From positions 3,205 to 67,204 of the forward strand of contig JANMTS010000065.1 of NCBI GenBank assembly GCA_031390755.1: 64,000 nt of DNA, in the 5' to 3' direction. Made by a program: the position numbers and the translations under genes. Shown one piece after another: positions 1-9,046 of the stretch. A model generated the notes under the pieces. That model saw nothing but the letters and a program-made list of their open reading frames with translations, was not told the origin of the DNA and did not search any database. Numbering within the stretch: the first letter of the stretch is position 1; every line of letters starts with the position of its first letter. The stretch comes from Holophagales bacterium. Its GTDB lineage: Bacteria; Acidobacteriota; Thermoanaerobaculia; Multivoradales; UBA5704.

Positions 1-15
1 GGCCATGGCTCGGGG

Positions 16-345
16 TCAGCCCCTCATCGGCATCGAGAATGCACTGGTGCCCGGTCTATCCGCCTGCCCCTGGAAGAAGGCGATCGTGTCGCTGACAGCC
101 TGCTGAGCGCGCGCAGCGTCCGGTGAGACCCAATGGTAGTAGGCGATCTGGTTGGCGTGCCGCTCAGCCTTCTGGTTGGGAGTCCCGCCGGTGCTGTTGA
201 TCACCCCCGGAAAAGGCACGCTGCACTGGCCCGCCGCCGTGCATTTGAGATCGGGCAGCGGATAGGCGGAATGGAACTGGACGGTGTTGGCTCCGAGCGC
301 CTTGTTGAGCTGCTCCGCGCCCTGGACCGATGAATCGTCTCTCAT
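16..345 (-). CDS. hypothetical protein (109 aa), distal gene of the minus-strand operon
   Basis: ATG at 345 preceded by GAGGAG SD; inside ORF 16..399; no recognised motif. Confidence 0.65.
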   Translation of the reverse strand: MRDDSSVQGAEQLNKALGANTVQFHSAYPLPDLKCTAAGQCSVPFPGVINSTGGTPNQKAERHANQIAYYHWVSPDAARAQQAVSDTIAFFQGQADRPGTSAFSMPMRG

Positions 346-447
346 GGTTTCTCCTCTCGAAAATCTGAATCGTTTACTTTTGCTTGAGCCTGCCGCCACC
401 TGGCGCCTGATGACCAGGCGCCAGGTGAGTCTTGTGCGGGAGGGTCG

Positions 448-921
448 TTACTTGGCGCCGCTGCCCAGGCCCAGCTCCTTGGCATGCTCGAGGACCGCCA
501 GGCAGATGTTGAAGGCGTACTGGGCATCATGGGATTCGGTCTCGGTCGGAAAGATCGTCTCGCCCGCCTTCGGAGCAGCCGGGCCCGGGCCGTACCCCTG
601 CTGGTTGAACCAGCCCGGATCCTGCTGGGCGATCGTCTGGAGGGCGGACTGGAAGTCGGTGATGTGCATGGCCGTCTGGCCATACAAGGGCATCAGGTCG
701 GGAGGCTTGGGCGTTCCATAGCGCTTGTAGATGAGCTGATAGAAGGGGTTTTTCTGTTCCGGCGGTGGGTAGTTCGTCCAGGGATCCTTGCAGCAGGTTC
801 CCCAGGGATCGGCGGCTTCATCGATGACGTAGCCGGGTGTCACCAGATTCGTGGCGTTGCTGCGGGTTCCGGCCGGTAGCGTGAAGCCGACGGGGATGTA
901 CTGGGCCTGAGGTGCGGACAT
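448..921 (-). CDS. hypothetical protein (157 aa)
   Basis: AAGGAG SD upstream of ATG; normal composition; co-oriented with the operon. Confidence 0.7.
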   Translation of the reverse strand: MSAPQAQYIPVGFTLPAGTRSNATNLVTPGYVIDEAADPWGTCCKDPWTNYPPPEQKNPFYQLIYKRYGTPKPPDLMPLYGQTAMHITDFQSALQTIAQQDPGWFNQQGYGPGPAAPKAGETIFPTETESHDAQYAFNICLAVLEHAKELGLGSGAK

Positions 922-981
922 TTTCGTCTCCTTTGTGCGCCAGGGAACGGCGCTAGTTAGTTCCTGTCCCCAGGACAGGAA

Positions 982-2007
982 CTAGTTAATAAGGTTGCAG
1001 TTGACGTTGTTGACGTTGTTGGCGTCGCAGGTGACCTGCGGCACGTTCTGGCCGTCCGACACGACCGAGATGCTGCCGTCGCTCTGCGTGAGGTATTGGG
1101 CGTTGGTGTGGGGATCGTCCCAGTAGGCGCCCTCGTCACCGCACTGGAGTGGGTGGTTCTGAGCGTTGAAGAGGAAGCCGGAGGCGTCGTACTCGTCGAC
1201 CGCGGTGCAGCGGGGGTGGAAGTAGCGCTCGCCGGCGCTGTAGACGACGATCCTCGGCTGGAAGACCTGGGGCCACAGGAAGCTGTTGCTGCCTTCGGAT
1301 TCCGAGCCGTGATGGGGGGCGCTGAGGAGGGTCGTGGCCAGGGCGTTGATGTTTGCCCGGTAGTTGTACAGGATGCTTGCCAGGCTCTCGGCCGTGGCGT
1401 CGCCGGTCATCGTGGCGGAGAAGGCTCCGAGGTCGATCCGCAGGACCATGCTCTTGGCGTTGGTGCCGTTGCCCGCATTGACTGTCAGAAGATGAGTCAT
1501 GGCATTGCCGCAGGCGAGCCCGGCCACGGGCTGGGTGTTGTTGGACGCCCCCTGGTTGAAGACGTTGATCGGCACACCCGCCCGCTGTTGCGCTGTCAGC
1601 CATTCCTGGAAGTTGACGTTGTAGTCCGCCTGGACCGCCCCCAGCCAGATGGAGGTCGCGTTGACGTTGCCCATGATCGAGGTGATGTAGTTGTAGTGGT
1701 CGCCGTCCGGGTGGCTCACGACCACCTTCGGCGGGCGGCCGTAAAGGTTGAGGATGGTGTGGACGAGTTGCACGGCCTGGGCGCGGGTGAGCCCGTTGTC
1801 GCCGCGCCCGCTCGACCCGCAGTCGTACAGGATGGGCGCGGTCTGCATCGGATCGCCCGGGCACTCGACGACGGTGCAGAGGCCGGCTCCGGTGTTGACG
1901 AAGGTGATCCGGATGCTGCCCTGGGGCTTGTTGTTGGGCGGCTGGGCACTGGCGGGCAGGGCGGCCAGGGCAACGAGGATGATCAGGACCACGGTGGGTT
2001 TGGACAT
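982..2007 (-). CDS. secreted ComEC/Rec2-like MBL-fold metallohydrolase
   Basis: Signal peptide MSKPTVVLIILVALAALPASA; motifs YDCGS, SHPDGDH, TGDA, APHHGS; AAGGAG SD before ATG 2007. Confidence 0.8.
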   Translation of the reverse strand: MSKPTVVLIILVALAALPASAQPPNNKPQGSIRITFVNTGAGLCTVVECPGDPMQTAPILYDCGSSGRGDNGLTRAQAVQLVHTILNLYGRPPKVVVSHPDGDHYNYITSIMGNVNATSIWLGAVQADYNVNFQEWLTAQQRAGVPINVFNQGASNNTQPVAGLACGNAMTHLLTVNAGNGTNAKSMVLRIDLGAFSATMTGDATAESLASILYNYRANINALATTLLSAPHHGSESEGSNSFLWPQVFQPRIVVYSAGERYFHPRCTAVDEYDASGFLFNAQNHPLQCGDEGAYWDDPHTNAQYLTQSDGSISVVSDGQNVPQVTCDANNVNNVNCNLIN

Positions 2008-2041
2008 GGGCTTGTCTCCTTGAGAAGGTGAGATTTCCAAC

Positions 2042-2710
2042 TCAACGGCGCAGGCCTTCGCCCAGTCCGAAGGTGCCGGGTGCGGCAGGCGCGGCGATGG
2101 CGATGACGTCCGCCGTCGCCTTGATCAGGTAGTAGACGTAGAGGTTCAGCGGCCGGGTCTCGGCGCCGAAGCAACCGGTGCTGGCGGCATCTCCCGCCTC
2201 GCAGACCACGGCGGTGGTGGTGGACTGGGTGGTGGACTGCACACCCTCCGCCTCGCCGGGCTGGAAGGTGCCGGGTACTGTGCCAGGGGTGTACTGGTGC
2301 TCGTGCTCCTGGAACTGGCTCGTTTGCAGGGAGCCGACCTGGTTGCCGGTGTTCCCTTGTCCGCCCGGTCCGGAGCCGGTGCGTTGGGCGGCGGCCGGAT
2401 CGTTGGGCGACTGGCGATCGCCGTTGACGCCGCGCAGGAACACGCCGCGGTAGTCCGGCAGACAGAACTGGCCGTTCTTCTGGTTGCCGTAAGCGTTGCC
2501 GAGCACGACGGCCAGGACGGGGTACTGCGAAACCGGGACGGTGCCGCCGTCGCAGACCAGCCACCCCTGGGCGGCCAGGATCTGCCGGCGCGCCGGAGCC
2601 TGCTGAGCGTCCTCGTCGATGAGGCCGGCGTAGGCGACGACGGTGCCCACCGGCACGCCGGCGGGGATCATCGGAGCCGGCAGAAAGGGCGAGAAGATCG
2701 AGGGGTTCAT
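2042..2710 (-). CDS. phage tail collar domain protein
   Basis: PVGTVVAYAG...GWLVCDG...YPVL..VLG..YG...FCLPDYRGVFLRG and C-terminal ETRPLNLYVYYLIK; ATGA overlap with the upstream gene's stop. Confidence 0.85.
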   Translation of the reverse strand: MNPSIFSPFLPAPMIPAGVPVGTVVAYAGLIDEDAQQAPARRQILAAQGWLVCDGGTVPVSQYPVLAVVLGNAYGNQKNGQFCLPDYRGVFLRGVNGDRQSPNDPAAAQRTGSGPGGQGNTGNQVGSLQTSQFQEHEHQYTPGTVPGTFQPGEAEGVQSTTQSTTTAVVCEAGDAASTGCFGAETRPLNLYVYYLIKATADVIAIAAPAAPGTFGLGEGLRR

Positions 2711-5688
2711 GGCGTCGTCTCCAGGGGACAGGGGAACGTGGGGAGCTCGCCGCCGGGCTGGAGGACGAGCATGGAGGTCGGAACCTCGACCTGCCAGGCC
2801 GCGGCGCGGTCGCCGGGCACAGGACACGGAGCCTCGAGGTCGGCGAGCACGGGCAGGTCCGCCTCGGCGGCCGGCGCAGCGAACAGGGCGCCCGGCCAGG
2901 GCAGGCCGAAATGCAGGTAGAAGAGGACGGCCGCCGCGAAGCCCGGCCGCGCCGGCACCAGCACCCGGGCCGAACGGGCTTGCAAGAAACTGTCGAACAG
3001 GCCGTCGGCCTCGGTGTAGAGCAGGGCCTGGCCCGGCCAGCCGGGAGTGGGTCCGCACGGCTCCTCGGGCGGCGGCAAGGTTTGGAAGGCGTACGTCATC
3101 TCATCCCACGCGAAGGCGCGCTCGAAGAGGTCCGGGTAGGGCGGCTCAGGCGGCGGAGGAACGGGAGCGGGAGCCCGGCGGCTTCCAAGGATCTGGAAGG
3201 CGCGGAGCCGGAGCTGCCGCCGTTCGATCCGCCGCCGGCCCGCGTCGCAGTCCGCGCCGATGCGCGCCCGCACCTCCGCCTCGTAGAGCTCCCGGGCACG
3301 GAGATAGCCGGCCATGAGCGCGTCGTAGGTGCGGATCTGCCAGGCCTGCATCAGGCTGCTGCCGGCCGGCAGGCCGCAGGCCAGCGCCACCGTGGCCGAG
3401 AACCAGGTTGCGGTCGAGAGCAGGGCGGCGGGGAGCTTCCCAGTCGCTCCCATCAGGCTGAGGTCCGTCTGGCCCTGCACCGGCTGGAACGGCCCCTGCA
3501 GGTACGTGAAGGGATCGGCCAGGGCCGGACAGGAAGCGGTGGTGCCGCCAGTACCTCCAGTACCTCCAGTACCTCCAGTACCGCCGCCGGTACCGGCCGG
3601 GGGTGGGGGCGTCTTGAGCACGCCGGGGATCCCGGTGGCCGGAGCCGGGGCATGGGAGAACTGCGCCGTTCCGACGTAGCCCACCAGGTTGTCCGACGCG
3701 TCGCCGAGCAGGTATCGGACCGTGCCCGCGGTCACGCTGTAGCCCTCCGGTATCTCCAGATCGGCCTGGAAGAGCGGCGGCTGGGACTGGAAGCCGCGGA
3801 TCAGACTGATCTCCGACGGCGGAGGCGGCAGGACCTCGATCCGGTAGAGGCTCGCCGGCAACCCGTAGTTGTCCGGCGTCACGTCCTGCCACGAGGAGAT
3901 CTTGAAATCCTCGAGCGGCTTCGGGCTGGCCAGGGAGACGCCGGTCTGGATCTGGAGCAGAAGGTTCGCGGCGGGGTCGGCGAGCTCGAATTCGACCACC
4001 AGGCGTTTGCCTGCGTCCCGCACGGCCAGCTCGTAGATCTTGTGCAGCCAGCGGTAGATCCCGGTCAGCCGGCCCGTCCCTGACCGGTTGTCGATGTCCC
4101 GGGCGTCGACCCGTTCCTCCTCGCGGAGGCGGCGGCGGACGCGCAGCTCGGTCACCGTGCGGGCCACGCGGGAGGCGGCGCGGCGGGTGAGCGACTCGGC
4201 GAGCCGGCGGGCCTCGCGGTCCGAGCGCTTCTGGACGCCGTCCGAGCCCTGCCAGCTTCCGGCGAGGGTCATCTGCGTGCCGCTGTAGGTCTGGCTCAGG
4301 TTGTTGAACTGGCGGCACAGCGCCTCGGTGGCGACTACGTCCTCCAATTCGTTGCGCAGGTCGGAGAGGCTGAGGCGCTCCTCCTGCTCGTCGCGGCCGG
4401 TGGCGTCCGCCGTCTCCGTCTGGTCGATCTCCTCGCGCCGGGTCAGCTCGCGGGCGGAAAACTGCAGGCGCTCGCGTTCCATGACGTTGACCACGTGCGC
4501 GACCTCGCCCAGGCCGTACCCCGTCAGGCATTGACAGACGAGCTTGAGGTCGCCGACGCCCAGGGCTTTCATCCAACCGGGTTCCGGAGACGGTGGAGAT
4601 GGAGGGGACGGCGGGGACGGCGGGGAAGTCGGCTCCACCTGGCAGGCCGGCTCCACCGGCACGACCCCGGGCGGCAGGAGCACCGTGGCGCCCAGGGCTT
4701 CTTCGCGGGCCCGCTGCGTCATGAGAGGCTGGGGCGGGCTTTCGAGCCTCTCCCGCTGCACCTCGCGCAGGAAGCCGTCGACCTGAAGCACCTCGATCAG
4801 GCCGTCCGGGAGGCCTGGCGGAGCGGCGGCGCCGAGGGCGACGGCGAAGAGGGACTGCCAGGCCCTCTGCTCGATCCCCTTCAGGTAGGCGCTCTCCAGG
4901 TAGGCATCGACGGGGCCGGCGCCGAAGGCGAACAGAAAGGTATCCACCGTCTGCGCCACCTCGTCGAGGCTCACCTCGCCTTGCAGGCCGCGGATCTGGC
5001 TCACCAGGAGGGGGTACGCCGAAGCCGGGGTATCGAGGCTGGCGAGGCTCTGAATGAAAGCCGGGTCCTGGGCGGCAAACTTCGCGGCGGCGGCGATCAT
5101 CTGCGGCCAGCCGCCGGGCTCCGCCTGCAGCTTCGCCAGCTCCTGGTAGAAGGGCAGCTCCTCCGGATGGAGGAGGGTCACGAAGCCGGGAAGCGGACCG
5201 CCCGGGAGCGGCGGCGCCGGTGGCCGCACCGAGAGGATGCGTAGCAGCTCCTGCGGGCAGGCCGGGTTCTGGATGATCGAGCCGGCGGGCTTCCAGCCGC
5301 GGCCGGGTGCGTTCTCCTCAACCTCTCCAGGCTCGTCCTGGATGGTTGATGAGGACGGCCGCTGCCAACGGGCGATCTCCTCCCGGAACGACCCGTAGGC
5401 GCTGACCGGCAGGTCGCCGCCGAGGACGAGCTGGCCGTCCTCGGCGGTGAGCTCGATCTTCCCTGGCCGGTTGCCGGCCGGGGGGACCGTGAAGGTCCAT
5501 CGCGGGAGGCGCTCGGTGAGCTGGGCCGAGCTCGTCCAGTAGATCCGGCCCTGCGGGTCGAGGTAGTCCATGTGTACCAGAACCTTTTCGGAGCTCGCCC
5601 GCCAGCGCACGTCGAGGCTGTTGCCACGCGGGTCGTGGAGCGTGCGCTGGCCGGTGGGGCTGTCGGCGACGGTGGCGTCAGGGCTCAC
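2707..5688 (-). CDS. large uncharacterised protein (993 aa), possibly toxin-like
   Basis: Long ORF with AAGGAG SD before GTG; conserved-looking core GVGDLKLV..GEVAHVVNV..TGIYRWLHKIY..GKRLVVEF; Pro/Gly linkers. Confidence 0.75.
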   Translation of the reverse strand: MSPDATVADSPTGQRTLHDPRGNSLDVRWRASSEKVLVHMDYLDPQGRIYWTSSAQLTERLPRWTFTVPPAGNRPGKIELTAEDGQLVLGGDLPVSAYGSFREEIARWQRPSSSTIQDEPGEVEENAPGRGWKPAGSIIQNPACPQELLRILSVRPPAPPLPGGPLPGFVTLLHPEELPFYQELAKLQAEPGGWPQMIAAAAKFAAQDPAFIQSLASLDTPASAYPLLVSQIRGLQGEVSLDEVAQTVDTFLFAFGAGPVDAYLESAYLKGIEQRAWQSLFAVALGAAAPPGLPDGLIEVLQVDGFLREVQRERLESPPQPLMTQRAREEALGATVLLPPGVVPVEPACQVEPTSPPSPPSPPSPPSPEPGWMKALGVGDLKLVCQCLTGYGLGEVAHVVNVMERERLQFSARELTRREEIDQTETADATGRDEQEERLSLSDLRNELEDVVATEALCRQFNNLSQTYSGTQMTLAGSWQGSDGVQKRSDREARRLAESLTRRAASRVARTVTELRVRRRLREEERVDARDIDNRSGTGRLTGIYRWLHKIYELAVRDAGKRLVVEFELADPAANLLLQIQTGVSLASPKPLEDFKISSWQDVTPDNYGLPASLYRIEVLPPPPSEISLIRGFQSQPPLFQADLEIPEGYSVTAGTVRYLLGDASDNLVGYVGTAQFSHAPAPATGIPGVLKTPPPPAGTGGGTGGTGGTGGTGGTTASCPALADPFTYLQGPFQPVQGQTDLSLMGATGKLPAALLSTATWFSATVALACGLPAGSSLMQAWQIRTYDALMAGYLRARELYEAEVRARIGADCDAGRRRIERRQLRLRAFQILGSRRAPAPVPPPPEPPYPDLFERAFAWDEMTYAFQTLPPPEEPCGPTPGWPGQALLYTEADGLFDSFLQARSARVLVPARPGFAAAVLFYLHFGLPWPGALFAAPAAEADLPVLADLEAPCPVPGDRAAAWQVEVPTSMLVLQPGGELPTFPCPLETTP

Positions 5689-5709
5689 GGGCGGCTCCTT
5701 TGCCGGCTC

Positions 5710-6915
5710 TCAGGAGCCGAGAGCGGTGATCGAGGAGATGACCAGCTTCTGTGCGGCATCCAGAGTGCCCTGGATGACCACACCCGTCGCGGTGAATTTC
5801 AGGACCGCCGGCATGGACGGCGGCAGCGTGTCCACGAGATCCTTCGCCTGCGGCTGTTGCGGATTGGATTGGTCGACGAGCCGGTTCATGAGCGCGGCGA
5901 GAAGGAAGGCCGTGTTGTCAGCCTGGAGATCCTGGGCGGTGATGTTCCAGACGTAGGTCCCGCTCACGAGCTGGAAGCTGGAGCCCGATATCGGCGGTGG
6001 CGCACCGCCTACCACGAACACCCCGTTGGGCCCTCTCAACTGGCCGCCGGAGAAGGTGCGCTGGATCGCGCCGCCCTGCGGGTTGACCACGAACACCGCG
6101 CCGGCCACGAAGTCGGCCATCACCACCATGCCGTCGGCCTGGAGCGCGATCTCGCGCGGGCCGAGGAACTGCGGCTGCTTGGAGATCGTCTGGCAGGCGC
6201 CGTTCACGGCGTTCACCTGGAGGATCTGGCCGCCGGTCTCGTCGCTCACGTAGAAGTTGCCGTTGCCGGCGATGGCGATCCCGTTGGCCCGCTGGAGCTG
6301 GGGGCAGAGGAACGTCATCTGGGTACAGTCGGCGAGGTTGACCTGCACGATCCGGCTGCGGTTCTCCACATCGCCGGTCTGCGGGTCGCGGGGCGGCTGG
6401 TTGCCCGGTGCCGCGCCGTAGTCCGCGACCAGCAAGGTCGCCGCGGTCGCCGCAGTCGCCGCGGTCGCCGCGATACTGCGCGGCGCCTGGAGGACCACGC
6501 TCGGGCAGATCGTCTGCGCCACGCCGGATGCGGGGTCGATGCCGGCGATCCGGCCGGTGCTGCCGAGCGTGATGTAGATCCGGGGCGCCTGGCCCGAAGC
6601 GGACAGCGCAAGGCCGTAGGGCTCCTGGATAAGCGAAGCGTTGTAGGTGCGCACCAGGCTACCGGTCGCGGGGTCGATCACGGAGACCGTGCCCGAGCCT
6701 TCGCTCACGACCTCGATGTTGCCCTGGGCGTCGACGGCGACGCTGCGCGGGACGTCGAGCCCGCTGAAGACCACGGTCTGCTCGCCATGTCCGTCGATCA
6801 GGACTACGGACATGGCGATCGCGTCGGCCACGAGGATGTCGCCCGGCTGCAGAGTAACCGCCCGGAGCGGAATGGCGAGCGCGGCGAGGATGAGAAAAGC
6901 GACAGGTCTGCGCAT
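5710..6915 (-). CDS. secreted NHL/beta-propeller repeat protein
   Basis: Signal peptide; repeats PRSVAVD, PYGLAL, ANGIAI, PREIAL, PNGVFV. Confidence 0.8.
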   Translation of the reverse strand: MRRPVAFLILAALAIPLRAVTLQPGDILVADAIAMSVVLIDGHGEQTVVFSGLDVPRSVAVDAQGNIEVVSEGSGTVSVIDPATGSLVRTYNASLIQEPYGLALSASGQAPRIYITLGSTGRIAGIDPASGVAQTICPSVVLQAPRSIAATAATAATAATLLVADYGAAPGNQPPRDPQTGDVENRSRIVQVNLADCTQMTFLCPQLQRANGIAIAGNGNFYVSDETGGQILQVNAVNGACQTISKQPQFLGPREIALQADGMVVMADFVAGAVFVVNPQGGAIQRTFSGGQLRGPNGVFVVGGAPPPISGSSFQLVSGTYVWNITAQDLQADNTAFLLAALMNRLVDQSNPQQPQAKDLVDTLPPSMPAVLKFTATGVVIQGTLDAAQKLVISSITALGS

Positions 6916-6948
6916 GGGAAAACCTTCCTTTCGGAAATTGAGGTGGCC

Positions 6949-7632
6949 TCAGAGTGCGGTCGAGGGGGCCGAGGGTGGATCGAACAGCAGCACGTCGGCG
7001 CTGCTCAGGCCGCCGGGCCGCAGCCAGCGGATGTTCACGTTCGGGACTCCTGCCGGCACCATGTACCGCTGGCTCGAGGCGGTCTGAACGCTTTCCATCG
7101 GAACCACGTAGGAGAATTCTTCCGAAAACTGGTTCAGCCCCTTGTTTCCCGGAACGGCCGGCATGAGGTAGAGCGTGGGGGTGAGCTCGAAGGTTGTCGT
7201 GCCGCCCAGGTTGAGGCCTTTCTGGATGGCGATCGGCTTTCCGTCGATGAACCAGAGAACGGAGAGCCGGATCGTCGGATCCGTGTCGTTGCGTACGGCC
7301 ACCTGCTTCGCGCTCGGAGGCGTTTCGCTGCCCGAGAGCTGAAGAGCCGGCCCCTGGCTGTCGCTGTTGGTGGCCAGGTAGAGCTGGTTGGGCCTGACGT
7401 CCACGAGGGGAGAGCGGCAGAGCGATTCTTCGTGCTCCACCGCGAGCTGAAGCTGGTCGGCGAGCCGGAACCGCTGGCTGCCGCCGTTCGCCGAAGGGTT
7501 GAGAACCTGCCAGGCCGAAAGGAAGAAATCCGTGTTCAGCCGGTCGGCGGCAGGCATCCTGTACACGAGCACGGACTGCCCCGTGTTGCGGGTGAGCAGA
7601 TTGGTCAGCTTGAAATTGACGATGCCGGGCAT
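6949..7632 (-). CDS. uncharacterised beta-rich protein (RhiA-like), paralog 2
   Basis: Clear paralog of 7703..8344 (AW..LNPSANGG, RPGG.S..DVL.FDPPSA); AGGAG SD. Confidence 0.75.
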   Translation of the reverse strand: MPGIVNFKLTNLLTRNTGQSVLVYRMPAADRLNTDFFLSAWQVLNPSANGGSQRFRLADQLQLAVEHEESLCRSPLVDVRPNQLYLATNSDSQGPALQLSGSETPPSAKQVAVRNDTDPTIRLSVLWFIDGKPIAIQKGLNLGGTTTFELTPTLYLMPAVPGNKGLNQFSEEFSYVVPMESVQTASSQRYMVPAGVPNVNIRWLRPGGLSSADVLLFDPPSAPSTAL

Positions 7633-7702
7633 TGTCTGGCTCCTGCGCGTAGCGCCTGGAAACGGAGAGCCGCCCCGGTTGGGGCGGCTCCTGGGTCACC
7701 GC

Positions 7703-8344
7703 TCAGAAACTGGCGGCGGACGGCGGATCGAACGTCAGCACGTCCGAGCCGGACATGCCGCCCGGCCGCGACCAGGTCATGTTCACCTGGGTCACGCCCT
7801 GGGGGATGATGTATTTGACCTCGCTGGAGAACTCCTGCAGGCGCCAGTTGAAGCCGGTGCGAGTGGGGATGGCCACCTTGAAGAACAGCGTCGGGTTGAG
7901 CTGGAACGTCTGCGTCGTCCCGAGATTGAACCCGCCCTGGGACACGATGGCGCTGCCGTTCACGGACCAGATGTTGTTGAGCAGGGTGGCCGGATCGGTC
8001 TGGTTGCTCACGGCCACCAGCTTCGAGCTCGGCGGCGGCGTGGCGAGCATCTTGAGCACCGGCCCCTGGAAGTCCTCATTGGTCGCAACCCAGGACTGGT
8101 TCGGCAGCACCTCGACGGAGGAGGAGGTGCTCAGGGTGGCCTGGTCCTGCACCGCGAGCTGGATCGAGTCCTGAAAAGTGAAAGGCTGGTGGCCGCCGTT
8201 GGCGGAGGGGTTCAGGATCTTCCAGGCGTTGAAATTGTAGTCCTCGGCGTCGGTCGCATTCGTGGGGGTGAGGAAGACCAGGATGCGCTGGCCGGTGTTC
8301 TCGGTGACCTGGTTGGTGACCGTGAAGTCGCAGTTGATGGGCAT
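7703..8344 (-). CDS. uncharacterised beta-rich protein (RhiA-like), paralog 1; first gene of the operon
   Basis: AAGGAG SD; alternating beta-strand pattern; paralog immediately downstream. Confidence 0.75.
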   Translation of the reverse strand: MPINCDFTVTNQVTENTGQRILVFLTPTNATDAEDYNFNAWKILNPSANGGHQPFTFQDSIQLAVQDQATLSTSSSVEVLPNQSWVATNEDFQGPVLKMLATPPPSSKLVAVSNQTDPATLLNNIWSVNGSAIVSQGGFNLGTTQTFQLNPTLFFKVAIPTRTGFNWRLQEFSSEVKYIIPQGVTQVNMTWSRPGGMSGSDVLTFDPPSAASF

Positions 8345-8410
8345 GTCATTCTCCTTTGTTTAAAAACGTTTTTGATTTGGTGGATTGTGGGTTCTGTCAA
8401 GGGCCACATC

Positions 8411-8425
8411 TCAAGAAGCGTGCCA
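8411..8425 (-). promoter_or_regulatory. putative sigma54 (-24/-12) promoter for the minus-strand operon
   Basis: TGGCACGCTTCTTGA on the minus strand (GG-N10-GA, near consensus TGGCACNNNNNTTGC), ~65 bp upstream of the ATG at 8344. Confidence 0.6.
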
Positions 8426-8487
8426 GCACGGCGAAGCCACGCAGCGGGCGTTTTCGCGGCTGCGCAGCACCGTCCTGCGCCGCCCGA

Positions 8488-8524
8488 GACCGTCCGGACG
8501 GTCGGCGTTGACCGTCGGACGGTC
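8488..8524. promoter_or_regulatory. tandem palindromes, candidate activator-binding sites (UAS)
   Basis: Perfect 16-bp palindrome GACCGTCCGGACGGTC (8488-8503) and 15-bp GACCGTCGGACGGTC (8510-8524), between two sigma54 promoters. Confidence 0.6.
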
Positions 8525-8567
8525 GTGCTGAGGTCGATCTGGGAAGCGCTGAGCTACGGAGCTGAGG

Positions 8568-8583
8568 TGGCACGCACCGTGCT
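8568..8583 (+). promoter_or_regulatory. putative sigma54 promoter for the DP-EP-like gene
   Basis: TGGCACGCACCGTGCT, GG-N10-GC. Confidence 0.65.
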
Positions 8584-8647
8584 GTTTACGTGTCCAGCAC
8601 AGCTCGAACGGGCGACGGGTTGTGAACCAGCGGAAAGGAGATCTGTC

Positions 8648-9046
8648 ATGCTAGGCACGATGGTCAACATTTATCAGGTGAAGGTGTTTTTCAACGGCAA
8701 GAACAAGCAGTTTGTCTTCGCGGGTGATATGAAATATGGGGGGGAAGGCCGCCCCTTTCTCAAGATTTCTCCGGGCATCCACGCGATCGTCTTCACGCTG
8801 GCAACGGTTCCGGATCCGGAGAATCCGGCTGAGGCGAGTTTTTCTGACAACCCCATCGTCGGGTATGTCAGCGACATTATCTTGTCGTCCACCGTTGCCA
8901 AATCCCGCTGTGCCCTGGTCGTCTCGAACCTTGGCGGCCACGTCGGCACGCACGGCTTCACAGTGAACGTGATCTACGACGGCCAGTGCATCCAGTCTGA
9001 CGATCCGACGATCATCACCGATCCGCCGGTGGAGGAGGGGGGGTAG
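8648..9046 (+). CDS. small beta protein, DP-EP family-like
   Basis: AAGGAG SD before ATG 8648; C-terminal SDDPTIITDPP motif. Confidence 0.65.
   Translation: MLGTMVNIYQVKVFFNGKNKQFVFAGDMKYGGEGRPFLKISPGIHAIVFTLATVPDPENPAEASFSDNPIVGYVSDIILSSTVAKSRCALVVSNLGGHVGTHGFTVNVIYDGQCIQSDDPTIITDPPVEEGG

Noticed and set aside
2042-8344. Prophage or contractile injection system
   Set aside because: Only a tail-collar domain is recognisable; no sheath, tube, baseplate, capsid, terminase or integrase in the window
8350-8385. IHF site in the AT-rich stretch
   Set aside because: Only a partial match to WATCAANNNNTTR, and it lies downstream of the promoter rather than between promoter and UAS
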